DNA from: an uncultured Clostridium sp.
Lineage (GTDB): Bacteria; Bacillota; Clostridia; Lachnospirales; Lachnospiraceae
Assembly: GCA_958442925.1 (NCBI GenBank)
Contig: CAUCIO010000001.1
Coordinates: 1 to 49,164 of the forward strand
Reading direction: 5' to 3'
Length of the DNA stretch: 49,164 nt
The first letter of the stretch is position 1; every line of letters starts with the position of its first letter. The position numbers were made by a program, and so were the translations under genes. The notes below the pieces were generated by a model. The model saw only the letters and a program-made list of their open reading frames with translations. It was not told the DNA's origin and searched no databases. Positions 20,194 through 29,388 of this stretch are shown piece by piece.

Positions 20194-20895
20194 TTATGGC
20201 TCATAAATACCGTCGATGATCTCAAAATCTTTTGCTTCCAGCGCCTTTTCAACCCAGGCTCTGTTAGCAGTGCCGTTCTTAGCTGCCGCGAGCTTGCTCT
20301 CGTCTGCCGCCTGGAACTTTTTGGCGTCCTCTAAAATCTGCGGAGCGTCTTTTCTCGGAATTACGATGACGCCGTCTGGATCTGCTAAAATAATGTCTCC
20401 AGGATTTACGCTTACCTCGCCGCAGGCAATCGGAACATTAATCTCGCCTGGTCCCTCCTTGTATGGGCCGCCAGGAGTTGTTCCTGTGGCGTATACAGGG
20501 AAATCCCACTTGCCGATCTCGTCGATATCGCGGATTGGTCCGTCTAAAACAATACCAGCTACCTTCTTAGTGTGGTACAGGTATGCCATCATGATCTCGC
20601 CCATCAGAGCGCGTGTGTTGTCTCCCTCGTTGGAAACGACTAATACGTCGCCTTCCTGAGCGATATTGAGAGCTGCGTGAAGAGCCAGGTTGTCACCGCC
20701 TCTTGCCTTTACAGTCAGAGCCGGTCCTACCATCATCTGATCCTTAGGGCTGCTTACCAGCTTGATTCTGGGGTTCATCGCTGCGTTTCTTCCCATAACA
20801 TCGCCTGTATTAGATGCCGGGATTGTCTTGAACTGCATCATAATCTCCGGATCTGGCATGTGTCTTTTCAGGTAAATTCTTTTTCCTACTGCCAT
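20194..20895 (-). CDS. RraA family protein (HMG/CHA aldolase, oxaloacetate decarboxylase-like)
   Basis: GPALTV, GDNL, DGPIRD, GDIILADPDGVIVIP; start at ATG 20895 (MAVGKR) after AAGGAAGG. Confidence 0.88.
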   Translation of the reverse strand: MAVGKRIYLKRHMPDPEIMMQFKTIPASNTGDVMGRNAAMNPRIKLVSSPKDQMMVGPALTVKARGGDNLALHAALNIAQEGDVLVVSNEGDNTRALMGEIMMAYLYHTKKVAGIVLDGPIRDIDEIGKWDFPVYATGTTPGGPYKEGPGEINVPIACGEVSVNPGDIILADPDGVIVIPRKDAPQILEDAKKFQAADESKLAAAKNGTANRAWVEKALEAKDFEIIDGIYEP

Positions 20896-20954
20896 AACAA
20901 TATACCTTCCTTTCGCAGATTTATTTCTTAAGAGATTCATTTTTCATTGCCTTC

Positions 20955-21056
20955 ATTGTATTCCAGAAAAAGCACAAAAGCAAACAACACTTTTTTATCA
21001 TATTAACAAAATATTGTTGTTGAATTCTTTACACAGAGGCGCTGCTCTTTTATAAT
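20955..21056. promoter_or_regulatory. Divergent sigmaA promoters with a LysR-type dyad
   Basis: Minus TTGCTT-N17-TACAAT (20983-20955); plus TTTACA-N17-TATAAT (21028-21056); dyad AACAA-N7-TTGTT (21005-21021). Confidence 0.6.
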
Positions 21057-21106
21057 AAACATAAGAAATAACAAGAACATAAAAATATGAAAATGAGGGG
21101 ATCCAT

Positions 21107-22078
21107 ATGAATTTGCAGAGTCTTTACTATTTTGTAGAATTGGCCAAGGAGCTTCATGTGACTCATACGGCGCAGAAGCTCTACATATCCCAGCAGAATT
21201 TAAGCCAGCACATTCAGAAGCTGGAACAGTATTATGGCGTCACCCTGTTTAACAGAAAGCCTAAAATGACTCTCACCTACGCTGGAGAACAGCTGTTAGC
21301 CGTAGCGACGAAAATTCTGGCGGAAGAAAACGAGCTGCTTAACCGCCTTTCCAATATTTCCACAAACCGAAAAGGCCATTTGAAGGTGGGAATTCCCGGC
21401 TATCGTGGGCAGATCTGCCTTCCGGAGATTCTTCCGCCCTTCTATGAGAAATGGCCCAACATCTCCATTGATCTGGTAAGCGAATCGTCCAGCATTATGG
21501 AGAAAAAATTATTTGACGGAGAGCTGGATCTTTTTATCGGAATTATGTATCAGGACAAGCCGAAGCTTAAAATAGAGCCGCTTCTCAACGATCAGATATA
21601 TCTGGTCTGTTCTGACAGGCTTCTCCAGCAGTATTTTTTTGATTCCTGGGAGAAGGTGAAAAAGGAATCGCTTTTTGGCGTCGATTTGAAGAAATTTGCC
21701 AAAGTTCCGTTCCTGATGCCGAAAGCGCCTATGAAGCTGCGCCGCGTTGTGGATCAGTGCTTTCAGGAATCGGGAGTCGTACCTGAGATTAAATTTGAAA
21801 CCCAGGTGATCGAGCTGTACATGTCCCTGTACTCCTATGATTACGGGGCTTTTTTCTGTACCCAGATGCGCATGCCCACGCTTTTATCCATGCATCCGGA
21901 CGCCAACGCATTTCCTCTGTTCATGAACGGCCAGCCAGTTCAGCACCGCCTGGTAGCCGCATACCATGAAGAACGTTTTCTGCCGGATTACGCCCTGGAT
22001 TTTATTAATCTGACAAAGCAGGTATTGGAAAAAATTGCGGAGACACGTCCGGGAGATGAATCTTATCGACTTTTTTAA
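21107..22078 (+). CDS. LysR family transcriptional regulator
   Basis: THTAQKLYISQQNLSQHIQKLE...LFNR...LTYAG HTH plus substrate-binding domain. Confidence 0.93.
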   Translation: MNLQSLYYFVELAKELHVTHTAQKLYISQQNLSQHIQKLEQYYGVTLFNRKPKMTLTYAGEQLLAVATKILAEENELLNRLSNISTNRKGHLKVGIPGYRGQICLPEILPPFYEKWPNISIDLVSESSSIMEKKLFDGELDLFIGIMYQDKPKLKIEPLLNDQIYLVCSDRLLQQYFFDSWEKVKKESLFGVDLKKFAKVPFLMPKAPMKLRRVVDQCFQESGVVPEIKFETQVIELYMSLYSYDYGAFFCTQMRMPTLLSMHPDANAFPLFMNGQPVQHRLVAAYHEERFLPDYALDFINLTKQVLEKIAETRPGDESYRLF

Positions 22079-22171
22079 CAAGAAAAATTTGTCGACCCAC
22101 CCAAAAAATAGATTGTTTGCCTTGTGATTGGCATATATTACAATACGGTCATAACAAACTGAAAAAAAGAC

Positions 22172-22226
22172 AGTACCCTGTTTATTTGTCACAAAAAGTA
22201 TTGTGACGAATTGACAGGGTACTTTT
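22172..22226. terminator. Terminator between lysR and bioA
   Basis: AGTACCCTGT...GTCACAA / TTGTGAC...ACAGGGTACT followed by TTT. Confidence 0.7.
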
Positions 22227-22283
22227 GCAGTGAAAAAGAAATGAAGTTAAGAGTCAGACTCCTCAGCAAAAGGGCGGTCCGGC

Positions 22284-23483
22284 CTACTTTCTGAACCATT
22301 CTTTCATGACCTGTATCACCTGAACCAGCTGGTCTTCGGCAATAATATAGGGAACCATAGCGTACAGATAGTTCAGAAACGGACGGCTGAATACGCCCCG
22401 CTCTCTGGCGAACTGCTGATATCCCTTTAGAACAGAGGCGTCTTTCACTTCGATACAGACGCAGCCTCCCATGATTCGGATTTCCTGGATTCTCTCGTCA
22501 GAAAAACCGTCCAGTTCTCTCCTTGTGATGGCCTCAATACGGCGGATTTTAGCCATGTAGTCCTGGGTCTCAAACAGCTCGATGGATTTGAGGGCTGCGC
22601 TGCAGGCCAGGGCGTTTCCCATAAAGGTAGGGCCGTGCATGAGGGCATGGTCAGGATGTTCATCAAAAAAGCCGCGAAAGACCTTTTCATTGGCAACAGT
22701 GGCCGCATGGCCAATATAGCCGCCTGTCAGCGCCTTTCCCAGTACCAGAATATCAGGCAGAACCAGATCAGATACAAATCGGTTTCCTGTCCGGCCAAAT
22801 CCTGTAGCAACCTCGTCGAAAATCAGCAGAACGTCATACTGATCGCAGAGTTCTCTGGCCCGCCTTAAAAAGGATATATCGTACATACGCATTCCTCCTG
22901 CACCCTGGAGAAGCGGCTCTGCGATAAAACAGTTCAGACGGCTGTGATACTGCTTAAAGGCCTGCTCCAGAGCAGAAATATCGGTAGGAATGTGAATCAC
23001 GTTCCGGCTGGGGCCGTAAGCCTTCAGGATGAAGTGGTAATCTTCATCATCCCCGGTTTCCATAGTTTTAAAGGTGTCGCCGTGATAGGCGTGTTCGAGA
23101 GCCAGCGTCATGGTTCTCTGAGTTTCGCCCCGATTCATGTAATATTGCAGGGCCATTTTCAGGGCTACCTCCACAGCCACGCTTCCTGAATCTGAAAAGA
23201 AAGAATAATTCAGATCTCCCGGCAGAAATTCTTCCAGCTTTTTAGCCAGCTTCCGGACCGGCTCATGAGTTAGCCCGCCTAACATTACATGGGAAAAATG
23301 GCTGACCTGGTCTATAATGGCCTGGTTCAGCTCCGGGTGATTGTAGCCGTGAATGACGCTCCACCAGGAGGATACGGAGTCTATCATTTTTCCCTTTTCG
23401 GTATATAAATAGACTCCCTTGGCGCCTGTAATGGAAATCGGCGGGGCCATGGTTTTCATCTGTTCGTAGGGATACCAAATCAT
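22284..23483 (-). CDS. bioA: Adenosylmethionine-8-amino-7-oxononanoate transaminase
   Basis: IWYPY, SSWW, DSGSVAVEVALK, YHGDT, DEVATGFGRTG, LGKALTGG, HGPTF. Confidence 0.95.
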   Translation of the reverse strand: MIWYPYEQMKTMAPPISITGAKGVYLYTEKGKMIDSVSSWWSVIHGYNHPELNQAIIDQVSHFSHVMLGGLTHEPVRKLAKKLEEFLPGDLNYSFFSDSGSVAVEVALKMALQYYMNRGETQRTMTLALEHAYHGDTFKTMETGDDEDYHFILKAYGPSRNVIHIPTDISALEQAFKQYHSRLNCFIAEPLLQGAGGMRMYDISFLRRARELCDQYDVLLIFDEVATGFGRTGNRFVSDLVLPDILVLGKALTGGYIGHAATVANEKVFRGFFDEHPDHALMHGPTFMGNALACSAALKSIELFETQDYMAKIRRIEAITRRELDGFSDERIQEIRIMGGCVCIEVKDASVLKGYQQFARERGVFSRPFLNYLYAMVPYIIAEDQLVQVIQVMKEWFRK

Positions 23484-24175
23484 GCTGTTTCCTCCTCATA
23501 CAATGCTTGCAGTTCTCTGGCAGAAAGTCTTAAATCAGTGTCTCCGTCCTTGACGCAGGCAAGAACCTTTGTGCCTGTCATATACTCACACATGTGTTTG
23601 TTGTCCTCATGCAGGACATTTCCAGGCTGGTAATGGTTCAAAATAATGCCTTTCAAAGAAAGATTCTGCTGTTTCAGAAAAAAGGCTGTCAGACCAACCT
23701 GATTGATCGTTCCCAGACCGGCGTCTGCTACCAGAAGACAGCCGGAGCCGCAGGCCCGGATAATATCGGAAAGCCACAGCTTTTGGCCGTCAAAGCAGAG
23801 GGGACAGAGAATACCGCCGGATCCTTCCAGAGTAATATAGTCATAGCGACTGCAGACAGAGTGGAAACCAGACATGACGATTTTCAGAACTACAGGATTT
23901 CCCTCCAGCCGGGAGGCCAGATGGGGAGAAACGGCAGTTTCATAGACAAAGGGACACATTTCCTGCAGGGGCTGGGCAATACCAGAATATTCTTTTACCC
24001 ACAGGGCGTCGCCGGGGATCAGAACGCCGTTTGCATCTCGTTCATTGCCGCTCATTGCCGCCTTGTAGTAGGCAGCGGAAACGCCGTTTTCCTGCAGTTT
24101 TTTCAGAATCAGGCCGGAAATATAGGTTTTTCCTATATCTGTGTCCGTTCCGATGATAAACAGTGTTTTGCTCAT
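23480..24175 (-). CDS. bioD: Dethiobiotin synthase
   Basis: GTDTDIGKT, SPHLA, EGSGG, GLGTIN. Confidence 0.95.
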   Translation of the reverse strand: MSKTLFIIGTDTDIGKTYISGLILKKLQENGVSAAYYKAAMSGNERDANGVLIPGDALWVKEYSGIAQPLQEMCPFVYETAVSPHLASRLEGNPVVLKIVMSGFHSVCSRYDYITLEGSGGILCPLCFDGQKLWLSDIIRACGSGCLLVADAGLGTINQVGLTAFFLKQQNLSLKGIILNHYQPGNVLHEDNKHMCEYMTGTKVLACVKDGDTDLRLSARELQALYEEETA

Positions 24176-24193
24176 GATGGCCTCCTTGTTTTG

Positions 24194-24748
24194 TTAAATG
24201 ATACCTCCCCTTATCAGGGGAATCAGTCGTTTCCCTAAAAATACTCCTGCAATGCACAGCAGAACATCTCCTGGAACTGCCAGCAGAAAACAATACAGAA
24301 ACAAAGGCCAAAGGCCGATAGGCGTTCCAAGGTAAAACCGGCTGATCAGCCAGTAGTAGCTCATACCACAGAAATATACGATTCCCAGACCGGTAAAATT
24401 AGCGATGAAAAGCTGTCTGTTTCCGGGGTGCAGAGTATTGCCGGCCAGTGTGCCGGTAGTATAGGCGCCTGCGGCAAAGCCGATCAGGTAGCCGAAGCTG
24501 GGCTGAAGCAGGTATCCGATGCCTCCGCCCTGGGCGAAGACAGGCAGCCCCATAAGTCCCAGCGCGATGTAGATAAGAACGGCCAGCGAGCCTTTTTTGG
24601 CTCCCAGCAAAAGCCCTGCCATCATGGTAAATAAATATTGGAGCGTAAATGGAACTACCGGAACGGGAATTTTAATAAAAGCGCCTGCGGCGATTAAAGC
24701 CACAAACATGGCGCAGAGAATCATATCGTTCGTTTTTTTCTGCCTCAA
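24194..24748 (-). CDS. bioY: Biotin ECF transporter S component
   Basis: VPFTLQ, GLPVFAQG, FGYLIGF; TTG start after GGAGG. Confidence 0.93.
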   Translation of the reverse strand: MRQKKTNDMILCAMFVALIAAGAFIKIPVPVVPFTLQYLFTMMAGLLLGAKKGSLAVLIYIALGLMGLPVFAQGGGIGYLLQPSFGYLIGFAAGAYTTGTLAGNTLHPGNRQLFIANFTGLGIVYFCGMSYYWLISRFYLGTPIGLWPLFLYCFLLAVPGDVLLCIAGVFLGKRLIPLIRGGII

Positions 24749-24882
24749 AATGAGCCCTCCTGACTGATAGATTCCCCATGGAGGGAATCCGGAACTGTAC
24801 TTACGAAGTATCTGTGTCTCAGAAACAATAGGTCATGTATACAGATACTGTGTTCATTCAAGATAATAACACATCAGTGCAG

Positions 24883-24915
24883 AATGTCAACTAAAAAATA
24901 AAATAAGTTTACAAT
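24883..24915. promoter_or_regulatory. BirA operator overlapping the bioY promoter -35
   Basis: AATGTCAAC-N15-GTTTACAAT matches the Firmicute TGTNAAC-N14-16-GTTNACA consensus; the left half reads TTGACA on the minus strand. Confidence 0.85.
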
Positions 24916-24954
24916 TGGAGAGGGGAAAAATCACAGAAGGCATAAAAACTGTCC

Positions 24955-24983
24955 TTGACAGAACACAGCATCTACGAGATACT
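24955..24983 (+). promoter_or_regulatory. sigmaA promoter of the GNAT gene
   Basis: TTGACA-N17-GATACT. Confidence 0.55.
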
Positions 24984-25038
24984 GGTTAAGGTTCAAAACA
25001 GCCGGAAGCAGGTAAAAGATAATACAGGAGGGCGCAAA

Positions 25039-25461
25039 ATGATTCGAAATGTGGAGCCTGGCGATTTAAATGCCATAGCCAATATCTGGCTTGATACAAA
25101 CAGGAAAGCCCACAGTTTTATATCATCAGAATATTGGGAAGGTAATCTGGAAGCGGTGAAGGAAATGTTTCCACAGGCGGAAATCTATGTCTGGGAGGAA
25201 AAAGGAGAACTTCAGGGCTTTGTAGGGCTGACAGGTGGCTATATTGCAGGCATTTTTGTCCGGAGTCAGAGCCAGGGCATCGGAATCGGAACCCAGCTGT
25301 TAGACAGAGCCAAGAGAGAACGGGAGGAGCTGAGTCTCCACGTATACAGGAAAAATGAGAGAGCGGTGCGTTTCTACCAGAGGGAAGGATTTCAGGTGGA
25401 AAGCGAGGACATAGATAAAAATACAGGCGAGGCGGAATGTCTGATGCGGTGGCGCAGATAA
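25039..25461 (+). CDS. GNAT family N-acetyltransferase (YjaB/YiaC-like)
   Basis: AHSFI, IAGIFV..QGIGIG, N.RAVRFY...GF; ATG after AGGAGG. Confidence 0.88.
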   Translation: MIRNVEPGDLNAIANIWLDTNRKAHSFISSEYWEGNLEAVKEMFPQAEIYVWEEKGELQGFVGLTGGYIAGIFVRSQSQGIGIGTQLLDRAKREREELSLHVYRKNERAVRFYQREGFQVESEDIDKNTGEAECLMRWRR

Positions 25462-25495
25462 GCCTTTATGGGAAAATGGGATGTTTTATAATTAT

Positions 25496-25524
25496 TTGAC
25501 ACAGCTATCATAACGTGATATTAT
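25496..25524 (+). promoter_or_regulatory. sigmaA promoter of the FMN riboswitch/ribU unit
   Basis: TTGACA-N17-TATTAT. Confidence 0.75.
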
Positions 25525-25534
25525 GTAATAGAAA

Positions 25535-25670
25535 AATCTGTTTCAGGGCGAGGCGAAATTCCTCACTGGCGGTGATAAGCGTATGCTTCGAGTCCGCGAG
25601 CTCTGCATGTCAGGGCAGAATGGGTGAGAACCCCATACCAACGGTATAGTCCGGATGAAAGAAACGAAAA
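25535..25670 (+). ncRNA. FMN riboswitch (RFN element)
   Basis: TTCAGGGCGAGGCGAAATTCCTCACTGGCGGT...AGTCCGCGAG...ACCAACGGTATAGTCCGGATGAAAGAA, upstream of an ECF S component. Confidence 0.95.
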
Positions 25671-25689
25671 TACAGATCTGTATTTTTTA

Positions 25690-25719
25690 AGTCTTGAACT
25701 CTGCTTTCAAGGCTTTTTT
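25690..25719 (+). terminator. FMN riboswitch expression-platform terminator
   Basis: AGTCTTGAA-loop-TTCAAGGCT plus T run. Confidence 0.7.
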
Positions 25720-25834
25720 ACTTTTATAGGATTGTTCCACGTACAGACGAGGAAAATTCTATCAGGTAAATGCTCCGCAGAATCAGATTCTTCATGTTTG
25801 ATACACAATTACGTTCAGTAGGAGGAATATGAAG

Positions 25835-26401
25835 ATGAACAAAACAGCAGCTGATTTCCCGCAGACAGGCAAGGCGCAGACTCTGCGTCTGGTGAAGATG
25901 AGCTCTATGGTAGCCATTTCCATCGTATTAGTGTACCTAATCCACTTCCCAATTTTTCCGGCAGTGGCATTTCTGGAGTACGATCCGGCAGATATTTCAA
26001 TTCTGATAGGAACCTTTGCCTTTGGACCGGCAGCCGGGATCCTTTTAACCCTTGTGACTTCAGTGATTCAGGGAGTGACTGTCAGTGCAGGCAGCGGACT
26101 TTATGGAATTATTATGCACCTGCTGGCCACTGGCACCCTGGTGATGGTTGCAGGAACGGTGTACCATATCAGAAAGACAAGAACTTCCGCAGTCATTGGA
26201 CTCGTTCTTGGCATGATGGGCATGGCAGTTGTCATGTTTGGGGCGAATCTGATTATCACCCCGCTTTTCATGGGAGTTCCCAGAGAGATGGTATGGAATT
26301 TAATGCCGTTTATTGTGGGTTTTAATCTGATCAAGGCTGGAATCAATGGAGCCGTTACGTTTCTGCTGTATAAAAGGATTTCAGGATTTTTGAAGAAATA
26401 A
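25835..26401 (+). CDS. ribU: ECF transporter S component, riboflavin (RibU)
   Basis: FLEYDPADI, FGPAAG, FNLIK; FMN riboswitch upstream. ATG 25835 is better spaced from GGAGG than 25829. Confidence 0.85.
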   Translation: MNKTAADFPQTGKAQTLRLVKMSSMVAISIVLVYLIHFPIFPAVAFLEYDPADISILIGTFAFGPAAGILLTLVTSVIQGVTVSAGSGLYGIIMHLLATGTLVMVAGTVYHIRKTRTSAVIGLVLGMMGMAVVMFGANLIITPLFMGVPREMVWNLMPFIVGFNLIKAGINGAVTFLLYKRISGFLKK

Positions 26402-26413
26402 AGAGGATATAAT

Positions 26414-26474
26414 AGGAAGAGGGAATGTTTTTGCGCTCCACTGGAAGTCGCTGAAAACATTCCCTCTTCCTTTA
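26414..26474. terminator. Bidirectional terminator
   Basis: 18-bp perfect arms AGGAAGAGGGAATGTTTT / AAAACATTCCCTCTTCCT. Confidence 0.8.
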
Positions 26475-26555
26475 TGTATGGGAAGGCTGCTGGAAAATTT
26501 CTTCTTCTCTCTTTTTGCATTGGAGTGGAAGTTACTGAAAAAGCTGCATGGAGAA

Positions 26556-29285
26556 CTAATGATTTTCCAGCAGAATATCGGATAGATATTTAATTTCAGC
26601 ATCAGGAATATCAATGCCATAGGCAGTTTCCAGTTCCTGAAAGGCTGATTTAATGTTTGCTATAGCTGCCTGTTCTGTCTGGATAAAATACTCTAAATTT
26701 CCGCAGGAAGTAATAGGCTCTTTGCGAATCAGACGTTCTACCAGACAGCTGATATGAAAATACAGACAATAACGTATTCGGTTAGAAAGAGAACGCTCTG
26801 TTATCTGTTCATAGTAATCAAGGCAATTTGAGATATTCATTAAAAGCCGGCTGCCGTCCAGAATAGTGATATTGCCTATCAAACGATCCAAAGACAGATT
26901 TCTGACAAGGTTTTTTACAATATCAGTAATTTGCTCCGGTTCTGCCACAGAAGAAAAGATGGAATGAATCCTGGGCTCCGCGTATTCTGCTGTTAACTCA
27001 TGCAGATAGATAAAAGGAACGCCTGATATGCAGGGATTCATTACTCCAATAACTCCAATAGGCTCATATTGTTTTAACAGAAGAAGTTTTTCTTCCTCCT
27101 GGCTGATTTGATCATAAGGCATATCGATAATTCTCAAAGGGACAGTCTGAGGGATACTGTGGTTTAAAATATTTTTCAGTTTTTTTGAAACCCCTCCGGT
27201 AGGACAGACTGCTAAAAGAATTTTTTCCTTCTGCTTCGGCTGATGAATATAGCAGGGAAAGCTGTACTGTGGAGCAAGGGTTTCAAAAAAATGGCTGTTA
27301 TGGCAAAGGAGAGCTTTTCCAAAGGAGGTAACCGTATTTACAGATGTACAGCCTATAAGTATAAAAGGAATTTGCAGCTGCTGGATAAGAGAAAGGCGTA
27401 TCTCTTCCAGTTCTATCAAGTCAGAAAAGATTATGATTCCGCTTTGAATTTGAAAATAATCTATGTAAGCTCCCAGTCTGGCGGCATGCTGCTCGGCAGT
27501 TTCAGCCAGAGAAACACCAATTCCTGTGAATAATTCAAATTTTAAAATTTCATTGACAGTTTGACTGATGAAATCGGCCGTCTCCTGTTTGTAAGTTAAA
27601 ATAACAGGCTGTAAAAAGAAATTTTCGTATTCCGTGCAGAGGCTTTTCAAAAAAAGGATCATTATAACATAATCGCTGCTGTTGAAGGATATATCAAGCT
27701 CCTCCTGGATTTTTTTGAAAACTCTGCCTGCAGCCATTGCTTCCTGAGGAAACTGCTTTTTTAAAAAACTACAGATGCCGGAGACTGCTGTTTCAGAGTA
27801 TTCAGGCGAAAAATTAAGCCGGATATAAAAGAAAAGAGAGATAAAATAAAGCTCTTTTCTGGAAAATTCTATGTGAAGCGCCATAGAAGTGCCGCGGAAT
27901 ATATTGCTGACAATTCTGAAAACATAGTACAAAAGATTGGACTTGCTGTTTTCTTTTCCAAACTGCTCAAGAAAGCTGTGGTATAATTTTTGAATCAGGC
28001 GCAGGGCAGTATCTTCAAAGTCCTGGTTGCCGGAATCGGAAGGGCAGAAGGGAATTTCTGCAAGAGAGCAGAAAAACTGGCTGAGAGAAGCAGAATAACT
28101 TTGCTTTTCTGCAGCAGTTTTTAAAGGAGAGTATTCCGGAGAAATTAAAATTTCCTGAAAATCAGTTTCGCTGTCATGCTCAAAGGAAGCAGAAGCGATA
28201 ACTGGTTCTGGAAGGTCGCTGATTTTGACACAGATGCACTCATTATTTCGGCTATGGGAATAAGCCTTGGCGCAGGTATATTTGACGACACTGAGAAGCC
28301 CTCCCGCATTTCCTTTAAAGGCAGCACTTAAAAGCAGGCTGACAACCTGCCGGGAGATAAGGACGCGTTTTTTTAACACCTTGCTTTCTCGATAAAAAAA
28401 GAGGGAAAGCAGCTGGAGTTTTTCTTCTTTTCCACGGTCTTCCAGAGAAGGGAGTGTTACAATCACAGGAATTCTTCTAATAAAAGTGTCTAAAAAGGAA
28501 GAATGTATGTCTTCAGTAGTAGCCATAATAATTCTGACATTGGCTTTTTGCCAGACTGCATTTTCACCAACTTTTCGGAAGATTCCTTTATCGAGGAAAA
28601 TAAATAATTTTTCTTGATTTTCAAAATTTAATCTGTGAACCTCATCTAAAAACAGAATACCTCCATCGGACGCGGCCAGAATGCCTTTTGTATCGCAGAC
28701 AGCTCCGGTAAAAGCTCCCTTACTGTGCCCAAAAAGATTGCTGGAAAGAAGCTCCGGGTTATTGGCATATTGAGCGCAGTTGAAAATGTTAAAAGGCGCA
28801 TCTGGGGCAAGTATGTGATTGTGAATGGCAAACTGATGCATAAGCCCGGCCAGATAGCTTTTTCCAGAACCTGAGGGTCCGTGGAGCAGAATGGGAAGAC
28901 TGTTGTCAGGATACAGAATAGAACTGGCCATCTGTTCAATCGGGCGTTTCAGGCTTCCGTTATACCCTACGATATTTTGGAAGATATCTTCATGGATTTG
29001 GATACTCTGGTTTTCTTCACTTAAAAGCTCCTGAATACTGGAGTAGGACTGTTTGCTCAAATAGAAAAAACGTTTGATAAATTCTTCACGATGCAAAAAA
29101 AGAACCGGGCGCGTATTGATTTTTACCAGGTCCTTTGAAGCAGCTTCATTTAAATATTGGCTGACGGTATTCCTCTTTATCTTGAATTTATCTGCAATGT
29201 GCTGTGAATTTAGATTTTTAAATAAATAGTCCAGATCCTTTTCTTTTGTTACGTTTTTGACATAATCAAGAATAATTTCTTTCAA
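26556..29285 (-). CDS. LevR-like sigma54 activator (HTH, AAA+, PRD, EIIA-Man-like, EIIB-like, PRD)
   Basis: KRNTVSQYLN HTH, GPSGSGKS, NCAQYANNPELL, GAFTGA, LDEVHRL, CPTG, LYFHISCLVERL; TTG 29285 best spaced from GAGGAG (GTG 29294 is the alternative). Confidence 0.9.
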   Translation of the reverse strand: MKEIILDYVKNVTKEKDLDYLFKNLNSQHIADKFKIKRNTVSQYLNEAASKDLVKINTRPVLFLHREEFIKRFFYLSKQSYSSIQELLSEENQSIQIHEDIFQNIVGYNGSLKRPIEQMASSILYPDNSLPILLHGPSGSGKSYLAGLMHQFAIHNHILAPDAPFNIFNCAQYANNPELLSSNLFGHSKGAFTGAVCDTKGILAASDGGILFLDEVHRLNFENQEKLFIFLDKGIFRKVGENAVWQKANVRIIMATTEDIHSSFLDTFIRRIPVIVTLPSLEDRGKEEKLQLLSLFFYRESKVLKKRVLISRQVVSLLLSAAFKGNAGGLLSVVKYTCAKAYSHSRNNECICVKISDLPEPVIASASFEHDSETDFQEILISPEYSPLKTAAEKQSYSASLSQFFCSLAEIPFCPSDSGNQDFEDTALRLIQKLYHSFLEQFGKENSKSNLLYYVFRIVSNIFRGTSMALHIEFSRKELYFISLFFYIRLNFSPEYSETAVSGICSFLKKQFPQEAMAAGRVFKKIQEELDISFNSSDYVIMILFLKSLCTEYENFFLQPVILTYKQETADFISQTVNEILKFELFTGIGVSLAETAEQHAARLGAYIDYFQIQSGIIIFSDLIELEEIRLSLIQQLQIPFILIGCTSVNTVTSFGKALLCHNSHFFETLAPQYSFPCYIHQPKQKEKILLAVCPTGGVSKKLKNILNHSIPQTVPLRIIDMPYDQISQEEEKLLLLKQYEPIGVIGVMNPCISGVPFIYLHELTAEYAEPRIHSIFSSVAEPEQITDIVKNLVRNLSLDRLIGNITILDGSRLLMNISNCLDYYEQITERSLSNRIRYCLYFHISCLVERLIRKEPITSCGNLEYFIQTEQAAIANIKSAFQELETAYGIDIPDAEIKYLSDILLENH

Positions 29286-29310
29286 TATAACCACTCCTCG
29301 AATACATGTA

Positions 29311-29360
29311 ACAGGAAGAAACTGCCTGGCTGTGTTACGGCCAGTTCAGTCTCTTCCTGT
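29311..29360 (-). terminator. Hairpin between the AKR and activator genes
   Basis: ACAGGAAGAAACTG / CAGTCTCTTCCTGT imperfect arms; weak U tail. Confidence 0.55.
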
Positions 29361-29388
29361 TTGTGTTGCGTTACATTTTGTGCTTCAC

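Noticed and set aside
22144..22172. preQ1-I-like short stem with an A-rich tail
   Set aside because: Lacks the conserved loop nucleotides and has no downstream queuosine gene.
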